From: an uncultured Acidobacteriota bacterium
GTDB taxonomy: Bacteria > Acidobacteriota > UBA6911
Assembly: GCA_963809485.1 (NCBI GenBank)
Contig: CAWEJX010000015.1
Location: 170,732 to 234,731, forward strand
Reading direction: 5' to 3'
DNA: 64,000 nt
Positions within the stretch are counted from its first letter, which is position 1, and each line of letters starts with the position of its first letter. Positions 20,452 through 30,967 of the stretch are shown one piece after another. Made by a program: the position numbers and the translations under genes. The notes under the pieces were generated by a model. That model worked only from the letters and a program-made list of their open reading frames with translations, was not told the DNA's origin and made no database searches.

Positions 20452-22917
20452 ATGACAGAAATTGCAGTCATTGTTTCATGCTATAACCAAGGCAGGACCA
20501 TCGAGGAGGCGGTCGACAGTGCCCTATCCCAAACGCGTATTCCCGCGGAAGTTATACTCATTGACGACGGCTCTACCGACATCCTGACAATACAGAAAAT
20601 CGCTGCTCTCCCGCGTCCGGGTCTGAGAGTAGTCCGTATTGAAAATCGGGGCACCGCAGGCGCCCGCAATTATGGGGCACGCTTGACGTCCTCCGACTAT
20701 CTGGTTTTCTTAGACGGAGACGATATCCTCGAGAGGACATACTTTGAAAAGGCAGGGGCTCTGCTTGATGCCCGGCCGGAGTTGGGAGTGATTGCATGTA
20801 CTCTCCAGGCTTTTGAAGGCGCGGACTATATTTGGACGCCTCCCCCCTTCAATTTTGTTGATGGTTTTGCCAGGGGAACTCCGCCCGTCACCTCTATGAT
20901 TCGTCGCACCGTCTTCGATAGCGTCGGCGGCTTTGACGAAAGTTTCGGTTTATTTGAGACGCTCGACTTCTGGCTCTCGGTCCTTGAACAGGGACACAAG
21001 GCAGAGATCATTGCCGAGCCGATGCTGAAATATCGGGTTCGAACATTCTCCAATTACCACAAAATTATACAGCCCGAAACATGGATTGAGCGAAGAAACG
21101 TCCTTCTGGCCAAACACCGCAAGGCAGTGGAGCAGCACGGCCTGGACATACTTTATGCGGCCGAGACATTCATTTTGGAGCAACGAGGGCATCATCGGTC
21201 TCTCGAAGAAAAGAAAGCATCCCTGGAGCGGGAGATTGAGGATCTGAATTCACGGATCAAACAGCTTTCCCAATCCCTCATGAAGATTGGAGAGCCTGTC
21301 CTGGATTGGGGAGACTTCGATCAACCGATGCCGCTCAGCCCGTTTTGGGGGATAGAGCGGGGCACGCCTGTCGACCGCCACTATATCAACCAATTCCTGG
21401 ATAAGAATCGTCTGGACATACACGGGCATGTACTCGAGATCAAGGATAGGGCCTACACTTCCCGGTTCGGCGACAATCGGGTAGAGACTTGCGATGTGCT
21501 TGACATCGATCCCGAAAACAAATCAGCGACGATTACCGCAGACCTCAGCAGGGCCAACAGCATTCCATCGAACATGTTCGATTGTTTCATCCTCACCCAG
21601 ACGATCCACATCATTTATGACGTGAAAGGCGCGCTTGCCCACGCATACCGCATTTTAAAGCCGGGCGGCGTCCTTTTGTGTACCCTTCCCTCAACCTGTC
21701 GTGTCAACTGCGAAAATGGCGGACTGGATGCAGGAGACTATTGGAGATTCACCGAAGCGTCCGTATGCCGTCTGTTTGCAGAGACCTTCCCGCCCGAAGC
21801 GTTCGAGGTATCCGTGCATGGAAACGTAAAGGCATGTGTGGCCTTCCTGGAGGGCCTGGCCGCAGAAGAGGTTGCGCCGGAGGTGCTCGATCACACCGAT
21901 CCATGGCATCCCCTGCTGTTTTGCGTGCGCGGAGTTAAACCCCATCCTATGAACGGGTCAGAGACGGCAAGCCCACGCCCACTTCCGATTCAATCTAAAA
22001 GGCCGGGCGGGGCGATCCTTTTCTATCACCGGATTGCTGCGCTGGCGCCCGATCCTCATGCTCTGTGTATTGCGCCGGATCTTTTCCGCGCTCATATGTG
22101 CCATTTGCGCGATCACTACAGACTGCTGTCCCTCAATGACCTGGTGGCCGGCATGAAAAATGGAGAACTGCCGGAGCGCGCCCTGGCGGTGACATTGGAT
22201 GACGGGTATCTTGATGCGCTCGATAACGCAGCACCCATTCTGGTAGAACTCGGCGTTCCGGCGACTTTTTTTGTTTCCACGGATCGGCTGCACGAGCAAC
22301 ATGAGACCTGGCTGGACACCCTGGTCCACATATTGTTTTCAGATGAATTGCTTCCTCATTCTTTGACCATTTCATACAAGGGCAGGACGCTGGTTCTCCC
22401 GACTACCGCCATTAGCGAGCGAACAAAAGCCTTTGAGGAAATCAACAAGCTCTGCTGGAATCTCTCGTTCGAGGACCGGACCGAAATAATTGCCGGCGTT
22501 TACAGTTGGAGCGGCCTTGATTTGCACGCTCGAAACACGCATCAGCTCATGACCGCCGATGAAATTCTTCGGCTGTCAGAAAAGCCAGGCCTGTCGATAG
22601 GTTGCCATGGGATCCATCACCTCTGCCTCCCGGCTCAACCGCTGCCCATCCAGCAACGAGAGACGGTGGAAAGCAAATATGTTCTTGAATCGCTGCTGAA
22701 AAAATCAGTCAATGCGTTTGCCTACCCCTATGGCGTATATGACCACAGGACCGAAGCGGTCGTTCGCTCGGCCGGCTTTGATTCTGCATTCACAACACGC
22801 GAAGGGATCATATATCCGGGCGATAATCTTTGGCGTCTGGCACGTAATGAGGCCGGCGCTTGGCCTCTGTCCAGATTTTCCGATTGGCTTCACAAGATAT
22901 TTTCCGATGAACACTAA
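20452..22917 (+). CDS. GT2 + coiled coil + SAM methyltransferase-like + polysaccharide deacetylase fusion
   Basis: DDGSTD/LDGDD; RGTPVDRHYI...LKPGGVLL methyltransferase-like segment; ILFYHRI, TLDDGY, GCHGIHH, FAYPYG (NodB-type). Confidence 0.8.
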   Translation: MTEIAVIVSCYNQGRTIEEAVDSALSQTRIPAEVILIDDGSTDILTIQKIAALPRPGLRVVRIENRGTAGARNYGARLTSSDYLVFLDGDDILERTYFEKAGALLDARPELGVIACTLQAFEGADYIWTPPPFNFVDGFARGTPPVTSMIRRTVFDSVGGFDESFGLFETLDFWLSVLEQGHKAEIIAEPMLKYRVRTFSNYHKIIQPETWIERRNVLLAKHRKAVEQHGLDILYAAETFILEQRGHHRSLEEKKASLEREIEDLNSRIKQLSQSLMKIGEPVLDWGDFDQPMPLSPFWGIERGTPVDRHYINQFLDKNRLDIHGHVLEIKDRAYTSRFGDNRVETCDVLDIDPENKSATITADLSRANSIPSNMFDCFILTQTIHIIYDVKGALAHAYRILKPGGVLLCTLPSTCRVNCENGGLDAGDYWRFTEASVCRLFAETFPPEAFEVSVHGNVKACVAFLEGLAAEEVAPEVLDHTDPWHPLLFCVRGVKPHPMNGSETASPRPLPIQSKRPGGAILFYHRIAALAPDPHALCIAPDLFRAHMCHLRDHYRLLSLNDLVAGMKNGELPERALAVTLDDGYLDALDNAAPILVELGVPATFFVSTDRLHEQHETWLDTLVHILFSDELLPHSLTISYKGRTLVLPTTAISERTKAFEEINKLCWNLSFEDRTEIIAGVYSWSGLDLHARNTHQLMTADEILRLSEKPGLSIGCHGIHHLCLPAQPLPIQQRETVESKYVLESLLKKSVNAFAYPYGVYDHRTEAVVRSAGFDSAFTTREGIIYPGDNLWRLARNEAGAWPLSRFSDWLHKIFSDEH

Positions 22918-25900
22918 AACGCTTTATGAGATATGCGACGGCAAGATTCAATCGCCTGTGCTCGAAGTGACGGTTGTCGAGCACTGCAACCTCACATGCC
23001 GTGCATGCAGTCACCTTTCACCTATCCTGCCAAAATTCCTGGCTAACCCGGCTGCAGTCCAGCAGGACCTGAAAGCACTGGCAAAAGTCTACCATGCCGG
23101 GAGCGTCAGACTGCTAGGGGGAGAGCCGCTTCTTCATCCGCATGTCAACAAGCTGCTTATAATATTGCGTGAGTCGGATGTTGCGGACACGGTTGGCATC
23201 GAAACCAACGGTCTTCTGTTGGGCAGGATGACGGAAGAGTTCTGGAGGCTCATCGATCAGATTCTTGTGACGACCTATCCGGGAAGGGAGTTGGCGGCGG
23301 ATCTGGTTGAGCATTGCCGCACGCTTGCCAAAAGACACGCTGTTGATTTTCAGATGACCTTATCGTCTATCTTTCGTGAGTCATACGCGGCATTGGGCAC
23401 ATCCCGCCACGAACTGGTTCAGAGGATATACAATACATGCTCGATCGTTCACGAATGGCGCTGCCACACACTCGCCGACGGCTTTTTTTACAAATGTCCC
23501 CTTGGTTATTACATTCCCAAAGGCCTTGGCTCCGATGAGGATCGCGCTTCAACGGCTGATGGAATCAAGCTGAGTGATTCAGTTGACTTACGGGATCGTT
23601 TGCTGTCTTATCTGCAGTCCGCAATACCGCTTCTGTCCTGCCGACGTTGTCTGGGCACTGTTGGAAAAAATTTTCCCTTTGAGGAGCTTCCGCGGAAGTC
23701 ATGGGCGCAGGCGCAACACCATACGGTCGAACAGTTGATGGACCCCGAGCTTTTGAGAAAGGCCGAGGATCGCCGGGCAAAGTCCCGCGCTGAAGGAATA
23801 ATTCACCTAAAAGAGCTTCAAGCAAGGGAAACAAACTTGTCGCTGACAGTCACGGCAATCATTGCTACATACAATGAAGCGGACATTATTTCCTGCGTCC
23901 TGGAGGATCTTGTGTCGCAAGGAATACGTGTGTACCTCATCGACACCGGTTCCAGCGATGCAACGGTAACTGAGGCCCGGCGCTTCCTGGGACGCGGCCT
24001 CCTCCACATTGAAGAACTGGCTATGGATGAGTTTCGGCTCAGCCGGTTGATGAAGCGCAAGCAGGCTCTTGCTTTTGAACTTGACTCCGATTGGTTGATC
24101 AATGCCGATGCCGATGAATTTCGTGAAAGCCCCTGGACAGGCGTGAGCTTCCTGGATGGAATTCGCCGCGTCGATGCCCTGGGCTACAATGCGATTGACT
24201 TCGCCGTCCTCGATTTTGTCCCGACGCACGACAACCTGAGTCCGGGAGACGACCCGCGGGAGGCATTCCCTTATTTTGAGCCAGGCGGTTCTTACAACAA
24301 GCTGCAGATCCGTTGCTGGAAAAAACCCGATTGCCCGGTGGACCTTGTGCCCTCAGGCGGCCATGAAGCGGTTTTCCCGGGGCGCAAGGTTTTCCCGATT
24401 CGTTTCCTGCTTCGGCACTACCCATTCAGGGGACAAGCGCATGCTGAACGGAAACTCTTTCAGGAACGCCGTCCGAGATATCCGGAAGAGGAGAAAAAAC
24501 TCTCTTGGCATATCCAATACGATGACATCTTCGAAGGATACTGTTTTATTCGAAAAGCCGATGGCCTTGAGCGTTTCGATCCGGACCGTATACGAATCGC
24601 TCTTCAGATCAGCAACCGCGAGCTTGAAGCACTAAAGGCCGATCATGAGGCGGAAAATTCGCAGTTGGCAAAAGAAAAACTACAGATCGATGCGGAAAAT
24701 TCCCGGTTGTTAAAAGAAAAGCTGCGGCTCGAGGATGCGAACTCTCAGTTGTCAAAGGAAAAGCTTCGACTCGAGGCAGAAAACTCCCAGGTGATTCAAG
24801 AAAAATTGCTGCTCGAGCAAAAAGCTCGACAGTTGAGCATAGCCAACCTGAAGATTGCTCAACACGAAAATCACTTAAAGCTGATGTACGATTCCTTGAG
24901 CTGGCGGGTGACGGCGCCTCTGCGATGGTTGGGCTATCAATTTCCGTTTTTATTAAAGTCTATTCAGCGGCTTTGGGGAGTACAAAGCAACGTACCGATT
25001 CCAGCAGCCAAAACAATCATCCAAGCTCAGTCACTGGACCAGATCGCGGAAGCCGCAACTGTAAGAGGGAGCATCGGGATTCATCTGCACCTTTTCTATA
25101 TGGAACTGCTGGATGAAATAGCCGGGTACTTACAGAATATCCCATTTGACTATGACCTTTATGTTTCGGTACCGAACGACTGCCAGGTCGATCTTGTCCG
25201 AAAGGCGCTGGAGCCGCTGCGGTCCATACGGTCCTGCACTATAAAAGCGGTACCGAACCGGGGACGTGATGTTGCGCCACTTATCCTGACGTTTGCCGAC
25301 AAACTGCTGAGGCATGATTTTATCTGCCATATACACAGCAAGAAATCACTCCATTCAGGGAATGAACAGACACTCTGGAGAAAGCACTTGTTTGACAACC
25401 TGCTTGGAAGTCCCTGGATCGTTCGGAAAATATTCGGCGTTTTTGACGCTTATAAAGATGTAGGCATCGTCTATCCTGAGACTCACCATTTAATGTGGTA
25501 CTGGGCGCACACATGGCTTCAGAATGAATCGATTGGACGGCAGCTTAGCTCCAAATATCAGGTGAATTGCGATTGGTCCGGCTACTTGGACTACCCTTTG
25601 GGAACAATGTTCTGGGCCAGGACCGACGCCTTGCGTCCGATTCTATCATCCGGCTTCACAATTGATGACTTCCCGGAAGAATCAGGCCAACTGGACGGCA
25701 CCCTTGCCCATGCCCTCGAGAGAATGCTCGTCCCTGTTGCCTTAAGAGAGGGTTATACCTTCAGTGAGATCAACGCGGACAGAAAAGATTTTTCGGTTGC
25801 GTTCGGCTCCAGGAATCTTTCCCAGTATTGGGAAAAAAATCTGGATGCGCTCAAGAGCGCTATCCGGGAGCACGAGCTGATTACGTTTGATATTTTTGAT

Positions 25901-27652
25901 ACTCTCCTGACCCGTCCTCTGCTGAGTCCTGATTCTGTGTTTGATCTGCTCAGCATTGAAGTTGAGAGAGAATCAGGGATCAGGAATTTCGCGGAGATCC
26001 GGAAAGGCGCTGAGGCCGAACTCAGGATGGAAAGAAGCTATGACTCCGATGTGCGCATTGAAGAGATATACGCGCGGATCGGCAAACGATTGAAACTGGA
26101 GAGGAATGTCACTGATCGATGGTGTTCAACCGAGCGTGATATTGAGCTTCGCATCAATTTCCCTCGACGCGAGGTTGTGGAGGCCTATCACTTCGCCAAA
26201 GAAAATGGCAAACGCATTGTACTCATGTCCGATATGTATCTGGATGAGGCTACAATTCAAGCACTTTTAAAACGGAATGGAATTGAAGGATATGAGGATC
26301 TCCTGCTTTCTTCGTCCACGGGCGTGCGGAAAGACAATGGGGGCATGTGGTTGAGACTGCTCGAGCGCTATCCGGACGCTGCAATCCTTCACATCGGCGA
26401 CAATGAGCGTTCCGATGCACAGATTCCCTCCGATATGGGAATCCCTTGTTACCATGTGATGTCGCCCAAAAACATTTTCAATAACACCCTGATAGGGAGA
26501 GAATTCCCAATAAACGCAGCTGCCGGAAATGTTGCCGATTCAGCGCTGTCAGGCCTGTCGGTCAGCCATCTTTTCAATGACCCTTTTGCTATGCATGATT
26601 GCCGAGGGGAATATGCCTTTGCCGATAAATTCCGGTTCGGCTACTCAGTTTTGGGGCCCATAATTTTCGCCTATCTCTTATGGCTTCTTAAGTCCTCGAT
26701 TGCAGATAACATTTCCATGCTGCTGTTCCTGGCACGAGAAGGGTACCTGCTGAAGCAAATCTTCGACTTGATTCTTGCCCAAACAGAAGTTGCAAAGCGC
26801 ATAAATCCCGGGATCGGGTCGGCATATCTTCTCGCATCTCGAAGAGCTGCAACCGTTCCCGCGATTCAAAATATCGAGGACGCTTTGGTGTTGCTGAAAA
26901 AAAACTACCATGGGCATCTATATAATCTTTTGGAAGCCCGCTTTGGCCTGGATTCCGGTTACCTTGCGGCAAATAGGGTAATCGATCAGTACGTAGAACT
27001 CCCCACGGACCTGGAGAAAGTCTCTGAAGTCGTCAGGCAGCATTTTAATGCGATAGCCGCAAATGCCCGGAAGGAAAAGAAGTGCTATTTAAGATATCTC
27101 GAAAGCCTGGGCCTTAAGGGTTTTCAGGGAGGCATCGCGGTTGCAGATCTGGGCTATAGCGGCAGTATTCAGAAGGCTTTGTCGGTGCTTCTGGAAGCTT
27201 CTTTGAGAGGATATTATTTTGCTACATTCGTAGACATTCAGGAAAACAGCAAATTCGATAACAAATTTTATGCATTTTTTGCCGAGAAGGACCATCCATT
27301 GAGCACGCAAAGCGCTGTCTACCGGCACAGTCTTGTACTCGAGAGCGTGCTCACTTCGCCGGACGGGCAGCTGGCTTTCTTCAAGGAGACCGACGGCAAG
27401 GTATTGCCTGTTTTTGGAAAGCAAAATGAACATTATGGGGATCTGTCTCGGATTCACGAAGGCATCAAGGTCTATTGCAATGATATGCTCAAATATTTTG
27501 GCCCATATATCATGGATTTTGAGCCCAGCCGAATGGCAGTGGAGTATTTTTTGGGCAAAGTGATGTCGGAAAACAGGGTTGATCAGGAAATTCTTTTGCA
27601 GCTCAAGGTGGAAGACAAATATTGCAGCGATGGGGATATATTGTCGGTTTAG
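22907..27652 (+). CDS. Multidomain protein: radical SAM + GT2-like + coiled coil + RgpF (rhamnan synthesis F) + HAD hydrolase
   Basis: CNLTCRAC; NEADII/DADEF; IHLHLFY...NRGRDVAP...HSKKS...GTMFWAR...DGTLAHALER; FDIFDTLL, HIGDN; start at ATG 22907. Confidence 0.8.
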   Translation: MNTKTLYEICDGKIQSPVLEVTVVEHCNLTCRACSHLSPILPKFLANPAAVQQDLKALAKVYHAGSVRLLGGEPLLHPHVNKLLIILRESDVADTVGIETNGLLLGRMTEEFWRLIDQILVTTYPGRELAADLVEHCRTLAKRHAVDFQMTLSSIFRESYAALGTSRHELVQRIYNTCSIVHEWRCHTLADGFFYKCPLGYYIPKGLGSDEDRASTADGIKLSDSVDLRDRLLSYLQSAIPLLSCRRCLGTVGKNFPFEELPRKSWAQAQHHTVEQLMDPELLRKAEDRRAKSRAEGIIHLKELQARETNLSLTVTAIIATYNEADIISCVLEDLVSQGIRVYLIDTGSSDATVTEARRFLGRGLLHIEELAMDEFRLSRLMKRKQALAFELDSDWLINADADEFRESPWTGVSFLDGIRRVDALGYNAIDFAVLDFVPTHDNLSPGDDPREAFPYFEPGGSYNKLQIRCWKKPDCPVDLVPSGGHEAVFPGRKVFPIRFLLRHYPFRGQAHAERKLFQERRPRYPEEEKKLSWHIQYDDIFEGYCFIRKADGLERFDPDRIRIALQISNRELEALKADHEAENSQLAKEKLQIDAENSRLLKEKLRLEDANSQLSKEKLRLEAENSQVIQEKLLLEQKARQLSIANLKIAQHENHLKLMYDSLSWRVTAPLRWLGYQFPFLLKSIQRLWGVQSNVPIPAAKTIIQAQSLDQIAEAATVRGSIGIHLHLFYMELLDEIAGYLQNIPFDYDLYVSVPNDCQVDLVRKALEPLRSIRSCTIKAVPNRGRDVAPLILTFADKLLRHDFICHIHSKKSLHSGNEQTLWRKHLFDNLLGSPWIVRKIFGVFDAYKDVGIVYPETHHLMWYWAHTWLQNESIGRQLSSKYQVNCDWSGYLDYPLGTMFWARTDALRPILSSGFTIDDFPEESGQLDGTLAHALERMLVPVALREGYTFSEINADRKDFSVAFGSRNLSQYWEKNLDALKSAIREHELITFDIFDTLLTRPLLSPDSVFDLLSIEVERESGIRNFAEIRKGAEAELRMERSYDSDVRIEEIYARIGKRLKLERNVTDRWCSTERDIELRINFPRREVVEAYHFAKENGKRIVLMSDMYLDEATIQALLKRNGIEGYEDLLLSSSTGVRKDNGGMWLRLLERYPDAAILHIGDNERSDAQIPSDMGIPCYHVMSPKNIFNNTLIGREFPINAAAGNVADSALSGLSVSHLFNDPFAMHDCRGEYAFADKFRFGYSVLGPIIFAYLLWLLKSSIADNISMLLFLAREGYLLKQIFDLILAQTEVAKRINPGIGSAYLLASRRAATVPAIQNIEDALVLLKKNYHGHLYNLLEARFGLDSGYLAANRVIDQYVELPTDLEKVSEVVRQHFNAIAANARKEKKCYLRYLESLGLKGFQGGIAVADLGYSGSIQKALSVLLEASLRGYYFATFVDIQENSKFDNKFYAFFAEKDHPLSTQSAVYRHSLVLESVLTSPDGQLAFFKETDGKVLPVFGKQNEHYGDLSRIHEGIKVYCNDMLKYFGPYIMDFEPSRMAVEYFLGKVMSENRVDQEILLQLKVEDKYCSDGDILSV
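24650..24817 (+). repeat. Four tandem 42-bp (14-aa, two-heptad) intragenic repeats
   Basis: AENSQLAKEKLQID / AENSRLLKEKLRLE / DANSQLSKEKLRLE / AENSQVIQEKLLLE. Confidence 0.85.
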
Positions 27653-27691
27653 ACGGGTTTCAAAACAGAGATATAACACTACGGGAAAGAT

Positions 27692-28481
27692 TTGAACAAA
27701 CCGCATATTTTAACCAGCAATAGCGGCGCCTATCTGCCGGATTTGATCTGGACGCTGGTCCGCACGGATTTTAAAACACGCTATCACGGGACGATGGGAG
27801 GTTACTGCTGGGCCCTGGTAAAGCCGCTCACAATGTTTGCGATTCTTTGTGCCGTGTTTTCTGCCGTCTTTAAAATGGATCCCAACTATAATCTGAACCT
27901 GATTGTCGGATTGTTTCTCTGGGATTTCTTCTCCGATGCCACTAAAACGGGATTCATATCTCTTCAGACAAAAAGCTTTTTGCTGACAAAAACCAAGGTT
28001 TCACCATGGATTGTCGTTTTGACGTTCTGCTTCCAACGCACTGATCACCGTGACAATTTTCGGCATCGGCGTATGCGTCTATATTTCCATGTTCATCCGC
28101 AGTTTAAGCCTGCTTGAAATTGCCTGCTTCGGGCTTTATATATTTCTTTGTCTGATCATCATCCTGGGCATCTCCCTTGCGGGCAGCGTCCTTTTTCTCC
28201 GATACCGGGATATCAACCAGATATGGGAATTGCTCATACAGGCGGGCTTTTTTTTCACCCCTATCATTTACCCGCTTGATATAGTGCCGCATCAATATCA
28301 TTTTTGTTTTTACGTGTGGCTGCCTACGGCAGTGATCCAGTTTTCCAGGTCTGTTCTGGTAAAGGGGACGATTCCAAGCCTGACAGCACATCTCATGCTG
28401 CTGGGTGGAGCAATGGTGGTGTTGCTTGCGGGCTGCGCACTATATTGCCGGCTGTCTCCTCGTGCGCTAGAAAGGTTGTAG
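27692..28481 (+). CDS. wzm: ABC-2 polysaccharide export permease Wzm (frameshift near 28030)
   Basis: DFKTRYHGTMGGYCWALVKPL and RDINQIWE...FFFTPIIYP lie in two frames. Confidence 0.8.
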
Positions 28482-28485
28482 CGCT

Positions 28486-29261
28486 ATGATTGCCCTGGAT
28501 ATTCAAGGGATTCAAAAGAGCTTTTCCATTCCGATCGTGAGATTGGATACCATTCGGGAACAGGATTCTCAACATTTTTAAGCTGCGGAAGCCATTTAAG
28601 GAACCGCCGGGAACTCCGAGTATTGAACGGCGTGAGTTTTTCCGTAAAAGCTGGCGAGACCGTAGGCATCATGGGAAGAAATGGGTGCGGTAAAAGCACG
28701 TTGCTAAAAATCATCACGGGAATTTATCAGCCGGACCGGGGGACAGTTCAGGTGCAACCTTCCGATCACACCGATTCTGGACCTGGGTGTGGGATGGAAC
28801 CGGAATTGGATGCGATTGATAACATTTATTTGTTGGGCACCGTGATGGGGCTGACGCTGCGCGAGCTAAGAGCATCAACGGATGAAATCCTGGAATTTGC
28901 CGGGTTGCGGGAATTTTCGAAGCTGGAGCTTAAACATTACTCGGCGGGAATGGCCATGCGCCTTGCCTATTCCGTGGCCTTTCGGGCGGTCCGCGGCCTG
29001 CTCATTCTCGATGAAGTGTTTGCCGTGGGGGACATGGAATTCAGAGAGAAATGCTACAAGAGATATGAGGAGATTCATAAGGCAGGCCATACCGTCCTGA
29101 TGGTCAGTCACAATCCTGGGGATATCGAACGATTTTGCGGCCGCGCCATTCTGCTCGAAGGAGGAAAGGTTGCTCAGGAAGGAAGCGGGCAGGAGATCGC
29201 CCATGCCTATGTTCAGTCATTGACTTGTGAAACGGGCCTTGGCAATAGAAGCCTTCAATGA
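28486..29261 (+). CDS. wzt: ABC polysaccharide export ATPase Wzt (several indels)
   Basis: GRNGCGKST, YSAGMAMRLAYS, ILDEVFAVGD; N-terminus from ATG 28486 is out of frame; no C-terminal carbohydrate-binding extension. Confidence 0.82.
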
Positions 29262-29316
29262 ACGAAAACAGGCTTGTTGCAGAATGTAGTCGAGTGGCCG
29301 GGTCGGTGCGCCAAAA

Positions 29317-30324
29317 ATGTCGACAACCGTAATTATCGTTAATTGGAACGGCGGCGAGTTGCTGTCCGAATGCCTGAGACGTCTGCAGCTTCAGACTTAT
29401 AAGCCGGCGCGTGTGCTGGTGGTTGATAACGCCAGCACTGACGGCTCGATAGCCGCCACCGGAATGCCGGCCGGCAGCATCGAATTGCTGCAAATGGATG
29501 TTAATCTTGGGTTTGCTGCCGCCAACAACCGTGCGCTGGCCCTCTGCGACACGGAGTTTGTGGCTCTGCTCAATCCGGATGCTTTTCCGGAACCGGACTG
29601 GCTGGAGCGCCTGGTTGCGGCAGCCCATGCCAATCCGGAAGTTGCCGCTTTCGGTTCCCGTCAGTTATGCCATGACAATCCTGAAATTCTGGACGGTGCC
29701 GGCGACACCTACCACATAAGCGGATTGGCCTGGCGTGAGCGCTATGGCATGCGGCAACAGTCGCAGGACCTCATCTCGAGAGAGATATTTTCACCCAGCG
29801 CGGCGGCGGCTCTTTACCGGCGCCAGGCATTGCTGGATGCAGGCGGCTTTGATGAGGATTTCTTTTGCTATTTGGAGGATGTTGACCTGGGCTTCCGCCT
29901 GCGTTTGTCGGGATACAGGGCCTTGTATGTGCCGGTTGCGGTGGTACAGCACGTGGGATCCGCCTCCACAGGCGGTGAATGGAGCGATTTCGCCGTTTAT
30001 CACGGGTTTAGAAATTCAGCATGGGTGTTTATCAAGAACATGCCCGGCATGCTGTTCTGGCCTTTGCTGCCCCTGCATGCAGCCCTCAATCTGGCGTCAA
30101 TTTTGCTGTTTTCAATACGGGGCCAGGCAAAGCTGATCCTCAGGTCCAAGAAGGATGCGTTTCTCGGCATTCCCCGTATGTGGCGGAAGCGGCGTGAAAT
30201 CCAGAAGAACAGTGTCGTCTCCGCCGGCATAATCTGGAAAGCTCTGGACAAGCGGATTTTTATTCCCTTCAACCCGCATGCTCGACGAAACGCGACTAAA
30301 AACAGGCGCCTGTTCGGCGAGTAG
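29317..30324 (+). CDS. GT2 glycosyltransferase
   Basis: IVNWNG, DNASTDGS, NLGFAAANN, FDEDFFCYLEDVDLGFR motifs. Confidence 0.85.
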   Translation: MSTTVIIVNWNGGELLSECLRRLQLQTYKPARVLVVDNASTDGSIAATGMPAGSIELLQMDVNLGFAAANNRALALCDTEFVALLNPDAFPEPDWLERLVAAAHANPEVAAFGSRQLCHDNPEILDGAGDTYHISGLAWRERYGMRQQSQDLISREIFSPSAAAALYRRQALLDAGGFDEDFFCYLEDVDLGFRLRLSGYRALYVPVAVVQHVGSASTGGEWSDFAVYHGFRNSAWVFIKNMPGMLFWPLLPLHAALNLASILLFSIRGQAKLILRSKKDAFLGIPRMWRKRREIQKNSVVSAGIIWKALDKRIFIPFNPHARRNATKNRRLFGE

Positions 30325-30593
30325 GAATAGCCCCAGCCATCGGTAGGAATAACCTTTTCTGCGTCCGCCGGGACCGGCTGCATGTCCGATTAGCTACGTT
30401 TGGCCTGTATGTGGATCATGGGCGCTACTGTGGCAGCTAATCTGCTCTATCTCAATTTCCACACGGTGAATGGCAGCTTTAGCCTGGTGCAGCAGAGATC
30501 CGATTTCTGCCAGTTTTAGGATATTGCAAATGAATGCATTCTGACTTAAGTGAAATAGAACAGACTTCATCCCGCCTTGCCATTAGTTAGTTT

Positions 30594-30853
30594 CTGTCGC
30601 GAAACGTAACAATGACCGATTGGCCCAAAGCCCCGAAGGGGTGAAAGAGAATAGCCGGGGGCGCAAGCCCCCGGATAGGACATTGCATTAAAGTGAGCCC
30701 CGTAAGGGGCGAAAGGTTTTATATGGCAATGCTTTCTGTTGCCCCTTCAGGGCTATTTTCTTGCCGATTCTTGCCGGGGGTTCGCTTAGCTCATCCCTGG
30801 CTATTCTCTGATCGCCCCTTGCGGGGCTTGGTTAAAAAACCTGTTTCGCGACA
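30594..30853. mobile_element. Non-coding MITE/REPIN-like element with terminal inverted repeats
   Basis: CTGTCGCGAAAC ... GTTTCGCGACAG ends enclose GCCCC-loop-GGGGC hairpins in a mirrored layout. Confidence 0.6.
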
Positions 30854-30967
30854 GTCCACCATGCGCCGAGGCGCACCCAAGCGCATGAAAATCGGATTCG
30901 CCGACGCGCAATTTGGTGAATGAAGGGCGTAACTGATTCATCAGCTTCGCTATTTTCGAAGCAGAAA

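Noticed and set aside
22712-22906. Upstream ATG for the large fusion protein
   Set aside because: It would overlap the deacetylase domain of the previous gene by ~200 bp; ATG 22907 gives a normal short overlap
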